A DNA stretch of 64,000 nt, from NCBI GenBank assembly GCA_963818475.1, contig CAWFSF010000006.1, forward strand, positions 192,001 through 256,000, read 5' to 3'. The DNA is from Nitrospirota bacterium (lineage in GTDB: Bacteria > Nitrospirota > UBA9217). Position 1 is the first letter of the stretch. Every line of letters starts with the position of its first letter. Shown one piece after another: positions 46,374 to 56,938 of the stretch. A program made the translations under genes and the position numbers. The notes under the pieces were generated by a model that made no database searches, was not told where the DNA came from, and worked only from the letters and a program-made list of their open reading frames with translations.

Positions 46374-46532
46374 ATGAAAAAAGAACTTTTTGATGAACTT
46401 TTAAAAAGCGTGAAGCAGGGCGGGGCGATAATGAAGCGCACCATGAAACCGGCGCGCGTATTGCTTCAAGTTGCGGCAAAACATCCGGATGCACTGCTTG
46501 ATCTTGCCGGTAACAGGAAAAAAAGGAAATAA
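46374..46532 (+). pseudogene. Internally deleted XRE-type (NadS-like) regulator/antitoxin
   Basis: MKKELFDELLKSVKQGGAIM joined directly to PARVLLQVAAKHPDALL; HTH absent. Confidence 0.6.
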
Positions 46533-46641
46533 ATATAAACGGCAAGTTGAAAAAAGCTCGTGTGTAGATCTGAGTATCATGCATTACAAGGGAAGCAGAA
46601 TCAAGCTCTACTCGTAGTATTCACGCTGAGTCGGAGAGTTT

Positions 46642-49042
46642 ATGTCCGATAAGAAATCACTTCAGCAAGCTATTGCAAAAGAAGAAGAGCGTCTTTCCAA
46701 ATTGGACAGAGAAAGGGAGCAGACGCTATTAAGAATCACTGATTTCAGACAAAAGCTTGCGTCGCTGGAAGCAGTATGCGCCGGGTCGAAAAAATTTTCC
46801 TCTACGAGAACACCTCTTGAAAAAGTGACGCTGTTTCGCTCGCTGTTTCGCGGTAGGGAGGATGTTTTTCCGAAGCTCTGGGCAAGCCGTGCCGGCAAAA
46901 AAGGCTACTCTCCTGCCTGCACGAACGACTGGATGACCGGAATCTGCGGAAAGACGCGCAAACCGCCGCTCAAATGTAGTGATTGCTCCAATCGCAAGTT
47001 CCTTCCGGTGACTGATCAGGTCATCACTGACCATCTTCAAGGGCGTCATGTCATCGGCGTCTACCCCATGCTCCCGGACGACACCTGCTGGTTTCTCGCC
47101 GCCGACTTCGATAAGGAATCATGGATTGACGATATCAGCGCATTACGTGAAACCTGTTCTAATTTAAAAATACCCGTGGCTGTCGAACGATCGCGGTCAG
47201 GAAATGGAGCTCATGCCTGGCTCTTCTTTACCGAACCTGTTCCGGCCACGACTGCACGGACTTTGGGATGTTTTTTGATCACGGAAACGATGAGCCGGAG
47301 ACATCAACTCAGCATGGAGTCCTATGACCGTTTGTTCCCCAGTCAGGATACTCTGGTCCAAGGCCGGTTTCGGGAATCTGATCGCTGCCGCTTCAGCAGG
47401 AGCCACGTCAAAAAGGCAATTCGGTTTTTCTCGATGAACACTTGACTCCTTACGAAGATCAATGGACATATCTTGCAGCGATCGGGCGGATGATCGCCGG
47501 AGGTGGTTCAACGTATTGCATCTGAGGCTATACGTCTTGATACCGTGATAGGGGTGCAACGAGATATCAGCCAGGATGGAGACGACCTTACTCCCTGGAG
47601 CCGGTTGCCGTCGCGAAAAACACCGAAAGGGAAGATCACCGGAAAGTTTCCTTCAGAAACATATTGTGTCTTCGCACAACGTCTTTTCATCGAAAAAAAG
47701 GATTTACCTTCGCCTTTTCTGACGCGCATCAAACAATTGGCTGCATTTCAGAATCCAATGTTCTACGAAAAGCAGAACTTGCGCCTTTCAACTGCCCGAA
47801 TCCCGCGAGTGATCTCCTGCTATGAAGAACATCCTGAGCATATCGCCGTCCCGAGAGGCTGTCTTGAAGGTCTTCGGCAACTCTTTGCAGAACATGACGT
47901 CAAGCTTCTGCTCGATGACAAGCGCATTTCCCCCGCTGGACCATCGTATACGTTCCATGGAACATTGAGAGAAAAGCAGCATGAGGCCATCGACCGGATT
48001 CTCGAACACGACCTCGGGGTCCTCTCGGCGCCGCCGGGATTTGGCAAGACCGTTATCGGCGCGTATCTTATTGCAAAACGAGGCACCAGCACGCTTGTGC
48101 TCGTTCATCGGAAGGAGCTTCTGGATCAATGGGTCGCGCGACTTTCCTTGTTTCTTGGGATTGATCCGAAAGAAATCGGCAGGATCGGGGCAGGCAAAGA
48201 ACAAACCGAACGGGATATTGGATGTCGCCATGATCCAGAGTCTGGTCCGGAAGGATGAAGTCAACGATATCGTTGACGGCTATGGTCAGGTTATTGTTGA
48301 TGAGTGCCATCATCTGCCGGCTGTTTCTTTTGAGCGAGTTCTGAACGAGATCAAAGCACGATATGTTGTCGGCTTGACCGCAACACCCTATCGGCGAGAC
48401 GGGCACCAGCCGATCATTCACATGCAGTGCGGACCTGTCCGTTTTTCCGTGCATCCGAGAAGCCAGGAGGCAAGAACTCAGTTCAAACACAAATTAATCT
48501 GTAAAACTACGAATTTCAGTGTGCACGATCCCGATGCATCGATTCAGGAAATATTTGCCGCCCTTGTTGCAAATAAGAAGCGGAATGCTCTTATTCTTGC
48601 TGATGTCCGGCAGGCCATCCAGGAGGGACGGTCGCCGGTGCTTCTGACCGATCGGAAAGAACATCTGGATATACTTGCGGATGAGTTGCGAAGCGATGTA
48701 CAGCATCTCATCGTACTCAGCGGCAGGCTGTCTGCCAAAGAACGGCGTGAAACAATGAAGAGGCTTGCAGCAATACCCGATAATGAAGTACGCCTTATCG
48801 CGGCAACGGGCCGTTACCTTGGTGAAGGTTTCGACGATCCGCGACTCGATACGCTCTTCCTTGCCATGCCTTTTTCCTGGAAGGGAACGATTGTACAGTA
48901 TGCGGGACGGATTCACCGGGAACATCCGGGAAAGCTGGAAGTCCGGGTGCACGACTATGTCGACGCCAATGTACCCAAGCTTCTGCGAATGCAAAAAAAA
49001 AGATTGCGAGGTTTTCGGGATATCGGATATATGGCAGATTGA
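46642..49042 (+). CDS. AEP primase fused to SF2 helicase, TOTE-conflict-system-like (frameshifted)
   Basis: LAADFD, ERSRSGNGAH, DRLFPSQD; PPGFGKT, DECHH, LTATP, QYAGRIHR. Confidence 0.85.
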
Positions 49043-49300
49043 ACAATCAAGGTCAACTGCGCGAATTGGACGAAATATAACAGCGGATCACTGTAGTAGA
49101 ACTGTAGTAGAATTTTGCACAATGACCGGAAACCGCAGAATCTACGGAATGTACAGAATCAGTATTTCCTATGTTTTTAAAAACTTAGCTCAAAACCGTT
49201 GTTTGTCGCCCACTTACAAAATGTGTTCCAATAGTCTTTCACGGCGATAACGCGGGTTCGAATCCCGCTGGGGACGCCATTAAAAAAAAAGAATCAGACC

Positions 49301-51213
49301 GTTCGCAGTAACAACTGATTATCTCGCGGGTTCAAGTCCCGCCCAAGGAGTTGTCCGTACACCTTGGTAGCACGAGGGAGCGGCGTCTGAGCAATCAGAG
49401 GTCGTGAGTTCCCAAACGGCAAAGCTACAGGCCGCAGCGAAAGCGAACCTACACGTAGCCTCGTAACTTATTCGGAGATGCCGACCTTGTGGTCAAATGG
49501 GGAAGGCCGATGCGCGCTGATTCAGACAACGGAATCGATCTGTGCGATCTCCCGGGGTAGCAGGGGCGGCATGCAGCGGAAGATAAGCAGTCCAGTGCTG
49601 GAGACCCCATACAGTGATGTTAGAGGAACATCAACCGGTGCGTATAAGGAAACGAAAACGCACTGGGCTGTATCGGGAGTCGGAGGGGTCCATAGTATCG
49701 TTTGAAGGTATGGGACAACATAACCCTGCCCAAGAAAAGGGACCCTGCTTTGTTCACGCAACCGAAGGAGAGAGGATGAGGGGATTGCAGAGATGCTAAC
49801 AACCCCAGATACAATCAGGACACTCCAGAGGAAGCTCTACCGTAAGGCCAAGCAAGAACCGGCCTACCGCTTTTACGCGCTCTACGACAAGATACACCGG
49901 GCCGACATCCTCAGTCACGCCTACCATCTTGTCAGGGCCAACAAAGGAAGCGCCGGCATCGACGGCGTCACCTTCGAGGCCATAGAGACCGGAGAAGGGG
50001 TAATCGCCTTTTTGGCGGAGCTGCAAGAAGCACTGAAGAGCAAGACCTATGCACCAAACCCTGTAAAGCGCGTCATGATCCCCAAAGGAGACGGCACAGA
50101 GCGTCCCTTGGGAATCCCGACCATTAGGGACAGGGTGGCCCAGATGGCCGTAAAACTGGTCATCGAACCGATATTTGAAGCGGATTTTATAGACACCTCA
50201 TACGGATTCAGACCCAAGAAGTCGGCCCATGATGCAATCGAAGACATATCGTATGCCCTTAACTGCGGTTATACGGAAGTCATCGACGCCGATGTGTCCA
50301 GGTACTTCGACACCATTCCCCATGCCAAACTCATGGCCGTGGTCGCCGAGCGCATCGTTGACAGTGCGATTCTGCACATTATCCAGATGTGGCTCAAGGC
50401 CCCGGTTATGGAAGTGGACAAGGACGGAACGAAGCGCAACATCGGCGGCGGCAAGGCAAACACCAAAGGAACACCGCAGGGCGGTGTCATCTCGCCGCTC
50501 CTGGCCAATCTCTATCTGCACCTGTTAGATAGGATATGGCATAAGAAGAAGCTTCAGTATAGGCTCGAAGCGCGTCTTGTCCGGTATGCCGACGATTTTG
50601 TCGTGCTGTGCAGAAAGGGAACTGAGCAGCCGATGGCGGTTGTGCGCCGGGTGCTCGAACGACTGGGACTTGTACTCAATGAGAACAAGACCCGCATGGT
50701 GAACGCCAAGCAAGAAGGCTTCAACTTCCTTGGATTTGAACTTCGTATGGGGAAAAGTCGGAGAACGGGCAACCTTTACCCCCTTATACAACCGTCACGA
50801 AAAGCCCTGAAGAAGATCAAAGACAGCGTTACCGCTCTTACACACAGGCGGATGACGCCGAAGCCGCTTACTATGATAATCGAAGATATCAATACCGCCC
50901 TCCGGGGCTGGGTCGGGTACTTTCATTACCGCAATAGCAGCAAGGCGTTCAATCGTCTCAAGTTTCATGTGGAAGCGCGAGTGCGCACGCATCTGCGAAA
51001 GCGGCATAAGATCAAAAGCAGGGCAGCGGGGTTTACCAGGTTCACCAACAGGTCTTTGTACGAGAAGTATGGGCTCTATAAAGTGCCGACGACAGCGGGC
51101 TGGCTGAAGGCGCATGCCTTGCGGTGAAGAACATCGGAAAGCCGTGTGCGGGAAAACTGCATGCACGGTTTGATGAGGGAGGGCTGGTCAATACGACCAG
51201 CTCTCTACTCTAC
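49301..51213 (+). mobile_element. Group II intron
   Basis: 5' GTTCG; domain V AAGCCGTGTGCGGGAAAACTGCATGCACGGTTT; domain VI ending CTCTAC; removal restores a sequence matching 45637-45684. Confidence 0.9.
49793..51127 (+). CDS. ltrA: Group II intron reverse transcriptase/maturase, no endonuclease domain
   Basis: RPLGIPTIRDR, SYGFRP, GTPQGGVISPLLAN, RYADD, FLGF, RGWVGYF. Confidence 0.95.
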   Translation: MLTTPDTIRTLQRKLYRKAKQEPAYRFYALYDKIHRADILSHAYHLVRANKGSAGIDGVTFEAIETGEGVIAFLAELQEALKSKTYAPNPVKRVMIPKGDGTERPLGIPTIRDRVAQMAVKLVIEPIFEADFIDTSYGFRPKKSAHDAIEDISYALNCGYTEVIDADVSRYFDTIPHAKLMAVVAERIVDSAILHIIQMWLKAPVMEVDKDGTKRNIGGGKANTKGTPQGGVISPLLANLYLHLLDRIWHKKKLQYRLEARLVRYADDFVVLCRKGTEQPMAVVRRVLERLGLVLNENKTRMVNAKQEGFNFLGFELRMGKSRRTGNLYPLIQPSRKALKKIKDSVTALTHRRMTPKPLTMIIEDINTALRGWVGYFHYRNSSKAFNRLKFHVEARVRTHLRKRHKIKSRAAGFTRFTNRSLYEKYGLYKVPTTAGWLKAHALR

Positions 51214-51334
51214 CTTTACGGGACTGGTTCTTTTTATTTTTGGTACACAAATGGTACACAGAATCAGGATGCAACGCATGTTCGATTTTAATCGTCACTC
51301 CGGGTCAAATTCCCCGCCGCTTGCGGTAGAGTTA

Positions 51335-51784
51335 TCAGGGACTCTCCGACTGTGGCTTGCTGCGGTGCGACATGAACATAAAATCGACATAGCCTTTTAT
51401 TTGAACCTGGCCTTCCGTTGAGACCTGACGGTATTTTCTGATCAACTGAATTTCTGGCTGGTGCAGGATTTTTTCGAGATACTGGCACTGTTCCTGGGAA
51501 AGCGGCCACTTCCGCTTTTTTTCGTAGCCGTTGACCATGGGAATAAGAAAATTATCACTACTGACCCCCGAGAGTTTTTCTCTGTGGGCAGCGAGTATGA
51601 CTAAATTCTGGTCCAGCCCCAGACCCTTCGCAATTTTGATGAGCGTGTTATCCTTCGGCATTCGACCGGCGTTTAAAAAAGTCCTCAGGCTTTCTGTTGA
51701 CACTCCTGCCTTTTTTGCCGCCGCCTTAAACGTTGTAATCCCCTGCGCTTCGATCGTTTGCTGAACCAGCTCTCTTAACTTCAT
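51335..51784 (-). CDS. XRE-like HTH transcriptional regulator
   Basis: FKAAAKKAGVSTESL...PKDNTLIKIAKGLGL. Confidence 0.7.
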   Translation of the reverse strand: MKLRELVQQTIEAQGITTFKAAAKKAGVSTESLRTFLNAGRMPKDNTLIKIAKGLGLDQNLVILAAHREKLSGVSSDNFLIPMVNGYEKKRKWPLSQEQCQYLEKILHQPEIQLIRKYRQVSTEGQVQIKGYVDFMFMSHRSKPQSESP

Positions 51785-52104
51785 GGTTCCCTCTCGCCGA
51801 TAGTTTTTTTTTGCATGCCGATAGGACCGAACTCGATCGCGGTGACATCTCCGTCGAGTGCCTTGATAATCTGGTAGCTTTTAAATCGTTCGCGGAAGGC
51901 AACTTGCTGGCGCTCATTCATCAGAGAAATCCCAAGTCTGATATGATCAATTTCCCGTTGACGCCACTTGTACTGGCGGTTACGGCTTTCCTTGTCATTG
52001 ACGAGCCATGTCACCGTTGAATAAATGCAGCTCGCTTCTTCCTTTTTATTCATGAATACCTCATAATTTGTCCCGCCTATACGCCTGATCTGAGAATATG
52101 TCAA
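51781..52104 (-). CDS. Hypothetical protein (start uncertain)
   Basis: ORF with ATGA overlap to the HTH gene. Confidence 0.45.
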   Translation of the reverse strand: MTYSQIRRIGGTNYEVFMNKKEEASCIYSTVTWLVNDKESRNRQYKWRQREIDHIRLGISLMNERQQVAFRERFKSYQIIKALDGDVTAIEFGPIGMQKKTIGEREP

Positions 52105-52209
52105 CGATAGCGATGGGGTTTCCCGTAGAAACAGTTAAGTGCAATAAGCTCGTGATCGTAACAATGAAGTATAAAACTTACGATACCATTCGCGAAATGA
52201 CCCCACAAC

Positions 52210-52225
52210 CTACCCGAACGGGTAG
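52210..52225. promoter_or_regulatory. Perfect 7-2-7 palindrome, candidate LuxR/NarL-family operator
   Basis: CTACCCG-AA-CGGGTAG, 23 bp upstream of TATAAT at 52249-52254. Confidence 0.6.
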
Positions 52226-52441
52226 TATCCATTTATGCCTTTATTCCGTATAATCACTGTGAACGTGATCCTATAAATACAGGTACGTCATGGTCGTTAG
52301 CATAATTTCTGCGGAATGGCCTTCACATCACTACCTTCCTTGTTCTTTGACATAGCTGTCTGGTCGGCGTGCAACCAGCTTGGGGCCTGTACGTCGAAGC
52401 CGGTCACAACATACGTAGTCAATCAATAGAAAATAAATTTC

Positions 52442-52469
52442 TTGACAATAAAATATACACTCGTATACT
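52442..52469 (+). promoter_or_regulatory. Sigma70-type promoter upstream of TonB receptor gene
   Basis: TTGACA-16bp-TATACT. Confidence 0.6.
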
Positions 52470-52601
52470 TTTGCCACTTTAAACCGTCGCTTGTGGTCGT
52501 TTAACAAAATTGCAAATAAAGCAGGTGATCATGATGACTTCACGTTTTTCACATCGTCGCCATATCGCTACGACAGACGCATCGACCCTGAGGGCAAAGA
52601 A

Positions 52602-54477
52602 ATGATGCTACTTATCCGCCTGTCCTACATCTTCTTTATCTTTGTCAACTTGATGGTCCTGTTCCGATCCTCCGCCTCCGCCCAGTCGACCGAAGAGAAA
52701 GACTTTCTCCTGATGTACTTCAAGGAAGAGGAACTGGTCGTGGAAGCGCCGACGCGGGCAAGAAAATCCCTGGCCCAGACCGCGGAGAACGTGTCCGTGG
52801 TCACGGCCGACGAGATCAGGTTCATGAACGCCCATACAGCAGCCGAGGTGCTGAACACGGTGACGGGCGTGCAGGTCTTCCTGACGGGAGGTCCCGGCAG
52901 CAGCGCGACGGCGTTCATCCAGGGCTCGGGGAGCCGGCATGTGGCAGTCTTCATCGACGGCGTCCCGCTGAACAACCTTTCCGATAACGCGGCCGAGCTC
53001 GGGTCGCTCCCGGTCCAGAATATCGAGAAGATCGAGATCATCAAGGGACCGGCGTCGTCCGCCTGGGGATCAGCTCTCGGCGGTGTGATCAACATCATTA
53101 CCAAGGCGGGGCAGGACGAGGGGTTCGGCGGCGTGCTGTCGGCTTCATCAGGAAAGCATGATACGGGTGACTTCCGGGCCGAGGCATCGGGTAAAAAGGT
53201 GGGCGTGGGCTATTACCTTACTGCCGGCCGACTGCAAACCGACGGCTTTCGGCCACACAACGACTTCTCGGGGAACAATGCCTACGCGAAGCTGAGCTAT
53301 GATATCACGGGCGCTACGTCAGTAATTGCCACGGTGAGCTATGACAAGGTCGCGCGAGGGACTTGCTGAACTGCCCGATTTCGGCATCTTCGTGAACGAC
53401 GACATCAAGGCCGTGCGGTCCACCGTAACGTTTCGATCGTCCCTCTCCGAGAACACTGACCTGCATTTTACTGCCTGGCACCTGCGCCAGCACAGCGACT
53501 TCAGCAACATGCTCATCTCTTCGGGAGCGGAACTTTCAAAGGACCGTTATCTCGATGATGGATACGGCGGGAGCCTCAAGCTGACATGGAAAAGGCAGCA
53601 TCACAACATCGTTCTCGGCGGCGACTATGACTCCAGGATGTTGGACTCGAACGCCATCGCCGATAACAGGCAGGGGATCGATAAACAGGCTGCTTTTGTA
53701 AATGATACGATGTCTTTCGGCAGCCTGACTATCACCCCGGGCCTGCGGTATGATAAAACAGACACGAACGGTGATTTCACGAGCCCGAGCCTCGGAATGA
53801 TCTACCGGATCACGGAGACCACCTTACTGCGTGCGTATGCTGCCCGGGGATTCAGTGTGCCGGCGCTTGCGGGCACCTATGGAGATAATCTCTTTCATGT
53901 TTCCAATCCCGATCTGAAGATGGAAAATGTCAAGTCCTACCAGATAGGCGCGGAAACCACTGTTGAGAAGTATCTCTGGGTCAAAGTGTCGGGATTCAGG
54001 CACGATCTTGACGATGTTCTCGAGAACGTGGCGCTTTCCCCTATATCGTTCATTACGTTGAACACCGGCAGGGAAAGACGGGAAGGGTTGGAGGTCGAGC
54101 TCCGAACAGCTCCTGTCTACCATACAACGCTTAATGCCGGCGCGTCGTTCATCAGCGCGACGGACAGGGACACGGGCCAGACGATCAAGAGCGTGGCACA
54201 AAGGACCTATGACATAGGCTTGCAGTACGATGGAGACTCGTTCAAGGCGCTGGTGAAGGGGCATTATATCTACTGGAACACGGACAAGTTCTTTGAAGGG
54301 AAGTACGACGATTTTATCGTGGATGCCCATATTATGAAGACCCTGTATACGCGGAATGAGCACTCGCTTGAAGCCTTTGCCGATGTTCACAATCTCTTCG
54401 ATGACGAGCAATATCCAGCGGGTATATATAAGAACCCCGGGAGATGGTTCGAGGCAGGGGTTAGATATGTTTTTTGA
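52602..54477 (+). CDS. TonB-dependent outer-membrane receptor (one frameshift)
   Basis: Plug NVSVVTADEI..VFIDGVP..IEKIEIIKGPAS..GGVINIITK; barrel ending HNLFD..GRWFEAGVRYVF. Confidence 0.93.
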
Positions 54478-54522
54478 TCCATAACACAAAGAAGTCAACT
54501 ACTCTAGGGGGGAGGAAAGAGC

Positions 54523-54624
54523 ATGAAAAACCGGATTGTTGTGCTGAATAAGGGTGTTGAGAAAAAGCAGGTGGTAGAAGGACTCTGCTGTATGGGAGCA
54601 TACATCCCTTATCTGTGGATGTAG
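54523..54624 (+). CDS. Putative RiPP precursor peptide, geopeptide-like, 33 aa (not in ORF track)
   Basis: GGAGG RBS; MKNRIVVLNKGVEKKQVVEGLCCMGAYIPYLWM; CC motif; directly upstream of radical SAM gene. Confidence 0.85.
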   Translation: MKNRIVVLNKGVEKKQVVEGLCCMGAYIPYLWM

Positions 54625-54635
54625 GCTGAGCTTTC

Positions 54636-54666
54636 GAGGGAGAGCGCTCCGCTCTCCCTCTTTTTT
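54636..54666 (+). terminator. Intrinsic terminator between precursor and maturase
   Basis: GAGGGAGAGC-GCTCC-GCTCTCCCTC followed by T6. Confidence 0.88.
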
Positions 54667-54702
54667 ATTTCTCATGAAGAAAGGCATCATTCACGGCTGC
54701 TG

Positions 54703-55992
54703 ATGAAATTATCTCGTTATTCCAAGACCTATCCTTCCCCGGAAGACCCTGATTCGGTCATTCTGTTCTCCACCAAGCGCGCCTCGACGGTTCTCGTCCC
54801 GAAGGGCCTCCTTGCGGACATCGAGGCGGGCAGGCTTTCCGGGGAGGAGCAGGCAGATCTTGCGGAGCTGGGCCTCGTGGCGCGCAGCGACGAGGAGGAA
54901 CGGCAGGAGCTGCTTTCCTATATCCAGGACATGAACGCCCTGGACCGGTCCATGAAGTTCATCGTCGTCCTGAACCTGGACTGCAACCTCGCCTGCCGCT
55001 ACTGCTTCGAAGGCGTCCGGAAAGGAAAACACTATCTTTCCGACGAGGCGGCGGCACGGTTCGTCGATTTCGTCATGACCCGCGACTACACGAACAAGGA
55101 TGATATCAAGATCGTCTTCTATGGCGGCGAGCCGCTCCTGTCCGTGGACCGGATCGCCGGCATCTCGGAACAGATCAAGACCTTTGCCGAAGGCAGGGGG
55201 ATGCGGTATGTCTTTTCCCTCGTGACCAACGGCGTGTTGTTGACCCCACAGGTAGTGAAGCGTCTCCAGCCCCTTGGCTTGAGAAGCGCCAAAGTGACGC
55301 TGGATGGACCGAAAGAGGTCCACGATGCGTTCCGGCCCTTCAGGAACGGCGCGGGGTCTTTCGACACGATCATGCGGAACGTGGGCGACGTGTCCAGTCT
55401 GATCCGTGTCCAGATCGGCGGCAACTTCACTCAGGATAACTATCGCCAATTCCCCCGCCTTCTGGACCTCCTGATGGAGAGGGGACTCGGCCCGGCCCGG
55501 ATCGCGGCGGTCAAGTTCGATCCCGTGGTCAACGAAAGCAGCGAGTTTGCCCTCCCGGACTTCCACGACGGGTGTGCTTCCATGGATGAGCCTTGGGTCG
55601 CCATGGCCTCGTTGCAGCTGCGCGAGGAAGTGCTGAAACGCGGGTACCAGACACCGAAGATCATGCCCTCGCCCTGCCTGATGGAACATGACGACAGCTT
55701 TGTCGTGAACTATGACGGCATCCTGTACAAGTGCCCCGGCCTGATCGGCAGGCAAGGCTGCCGCGCCGGCGATCTGGCGAGCGGACCGGGGGAATGCCGC
55801 GCGTCCCACGGGCTCGACGACTGGAAGAACGACGACTGCCTGGCTTGTGCCTATCTGCCGCTCTGCTTCGGGGGCTGCAAATACCTCAAGCTCGCCAGAG
55901 AGAACAGCATGAGGGGCGTTAATTGCCAAAAAAAGTATTTCGACCGGATCCTCGCGGCACTGGTGGCCCAGGACATCCGGTACGGGCTGTAG
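54703..55992 (+). CDS. Radical SAM/SPASM peptide maturase, geopeptide-maturase-like
   Basis: CNLACRYC, FYGGEP, SPASM C..G.LYKC..CLACAYLPLCFGGC..C; RRE-sized N-terminus. Confidence 0.9.
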   Translation: MKLSRYSKTYPSPEDPDSVILFSTKRASTVLVPKGLLADIEAGRLSGEEQADLAELGLVARSDEEERQELLSYIQDMNALDRSMKFIVVLNLDCNLACRYCFEGVRKGKHYLSDEAAARFVDFVMTRDYTNKDDIKIVFYGGEPLLSVDRIAGISEQIKTFAEGRGMRYVFSLVTNGVLLTPQVVKRLQPLGLRSAKVTLDGPKEVHDAFRPFRNGAGSFDTIMRNVGDVSSLIRVQIGGNFTQDNYRQFPRLLDLLMERGLGPARIAAVKFDPVVNESSEFALPDFHDGCASMDEPWVAMASLQLREEVLKRGYQTPKIMPSPCLMEHDDSFVVNYDGILYKCPGLIGRQGCRAGDLASGPGECRASHGLDDWKNDDCLACAYLPLCFGGCKYLKLARENSMRGVNCQKKYFDRILAALVAQDIRYGL

Positions 55993-56005
55993 TCCCGGTC
56001 ACTCC

Positions 56006-56938
56006 ATGATTACGCGCTTCTCTTTCATAGTAAAACCCGACAAGGCCTTCCTGGTCTTCCTCGTCCTGCTGGCCGCGCTTGCGGTCTTTGTCCTTGCGTG
56101 CCCTCTTCCTGCATCGTCCGCATGCGAGACAACTGTCGTCGTGAGCGCTGACCTAAAGCCCTATCGGGAGGTCCTCCAGGGTATCCGCGATGCTTCCGTC
56201 TGCACCGTGCGGGAGGTGACGTTGCGCGACGGCGACGCCCTGGAACGGGTGCGGCGGACATCGCCCAATGCCGTGGTCGCCATCGGGACCGACGCTTTCC
56301 GGACGGTCCGGCCGTTCCGGGACGCGCCGGTCGTCCATGTCATGGTGATCCCCTCCGTGGTCGAGCGCTCCCCGTCGGCAAACCTGTCGGGAGTGAGCAT
56401 GAGCATCGCTCCCGAGGCATGGCTGTCGGCGATCAAGCGCATGTTCCCCGGCGCGAAGCGGATCGGGCTGCTCTTCGATCCCCGGAATACGGGCCCCTTC
56501 GTCTCCGAGGCGGTGCTAGCCGCTCAGGCTGCCGGGCTGACGCTGAAAACGGCGGAGGTCAGTGGGGCAGATGAGGTTCCGAAGGCGCTGAACTCTCTCC
56601 GCGACTCGGTTGACGTGCTCTGGATGCTGCCGGATCCCGCAGTGACGTCGGCGCCGGTATTCGAGTATCTTGTCCGCTTCTCCATCCAGCATCGCATTCC
56701 CATCATGACCTTTTCAGAAAAATACCTGGAACTGGGCGCCGTGGCGTCGCTGGACGTGGACCCCTATGACATGGGCGTCCAGGCCGCGGAAATGGCGGCC
56801 CGGCTCGCGAGGGGCGGGGACGGGCCCGTGCGCGTCTTCGCGCGGAAAACGAAGCTCTCGTTCAACCGGAGCGCGGCGGGGAAGATGGGGGTCGTGATCG
56901 GCGCGGCGGTTTCTGAGAGGGGCCTTGCCGATGAATAG
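56006..56938 (+). CDS. Periplasmic ABC-type substrate-binding protein without transporter genes
   Basis: Signal peptide; KRIGLLFDP, VDVLWMLPD, MGVQAAEMA. Confidence 0.85.
   Translation: MITRFSFIVKPDKAFLVFLVLLAALAVFVLACPLPASSACETTVVVSADLKPYREVLQGIRDASVCTVREVTLRDGDALERVRRTSPNAVVAIGTDAFRTVRPFRDAPVVHVMVIPSVVERSPSANLSGVSMSIAPEAWLSAIKRMFPGAKRIGLLFDPRNTGPFVSEAVLAAQAAGLTLKTAEVSGADEVPKALNSLRDSVDVLWMLPDPAVTSAPVFEYLVRFSIQHRIPIMTFSEKYLELGAVASLDVDPYDMGVQAAEMAARLARGGDGPVRVFARKTKLSFNRSAAGKMGVVIGAAVSERGLADE

Larger units (their letters stand above)
45583..49279. mobile_element. Genomic island 2 in tandem at tRNA-Glu
   Basis: Third copy of tRNA-Glu 3' end at 49236-49279; no integrase inside. Confidence 0.85.

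Noticed and set aside
45583-49279. Extra tRNA-Glu genes at 45583 and 49236
   Set aside because: Only the 3' 43-44 bp are present; these are att duplications.
49325-49343. GCGGGTTCAAGTCCCGC as a further tRNA fragment or att site
   Set aside because: It lies inside intron domain I, where such a hairpin is expected, and has no acceptor stem or CCA.
49793-51127. Reverse transcriptase as retron, DGR or defence RT
   Set aside because: The maturase domain and clear intron domains V and VI identify a group II intron.
52290-52355. 21-codon ORF MVVSIISAEWPSHHYLPCSLT as a second precursor peptide
   Set aside because: Weak RBS, no similarity to the 54523 peptide, and a length expected by chance.
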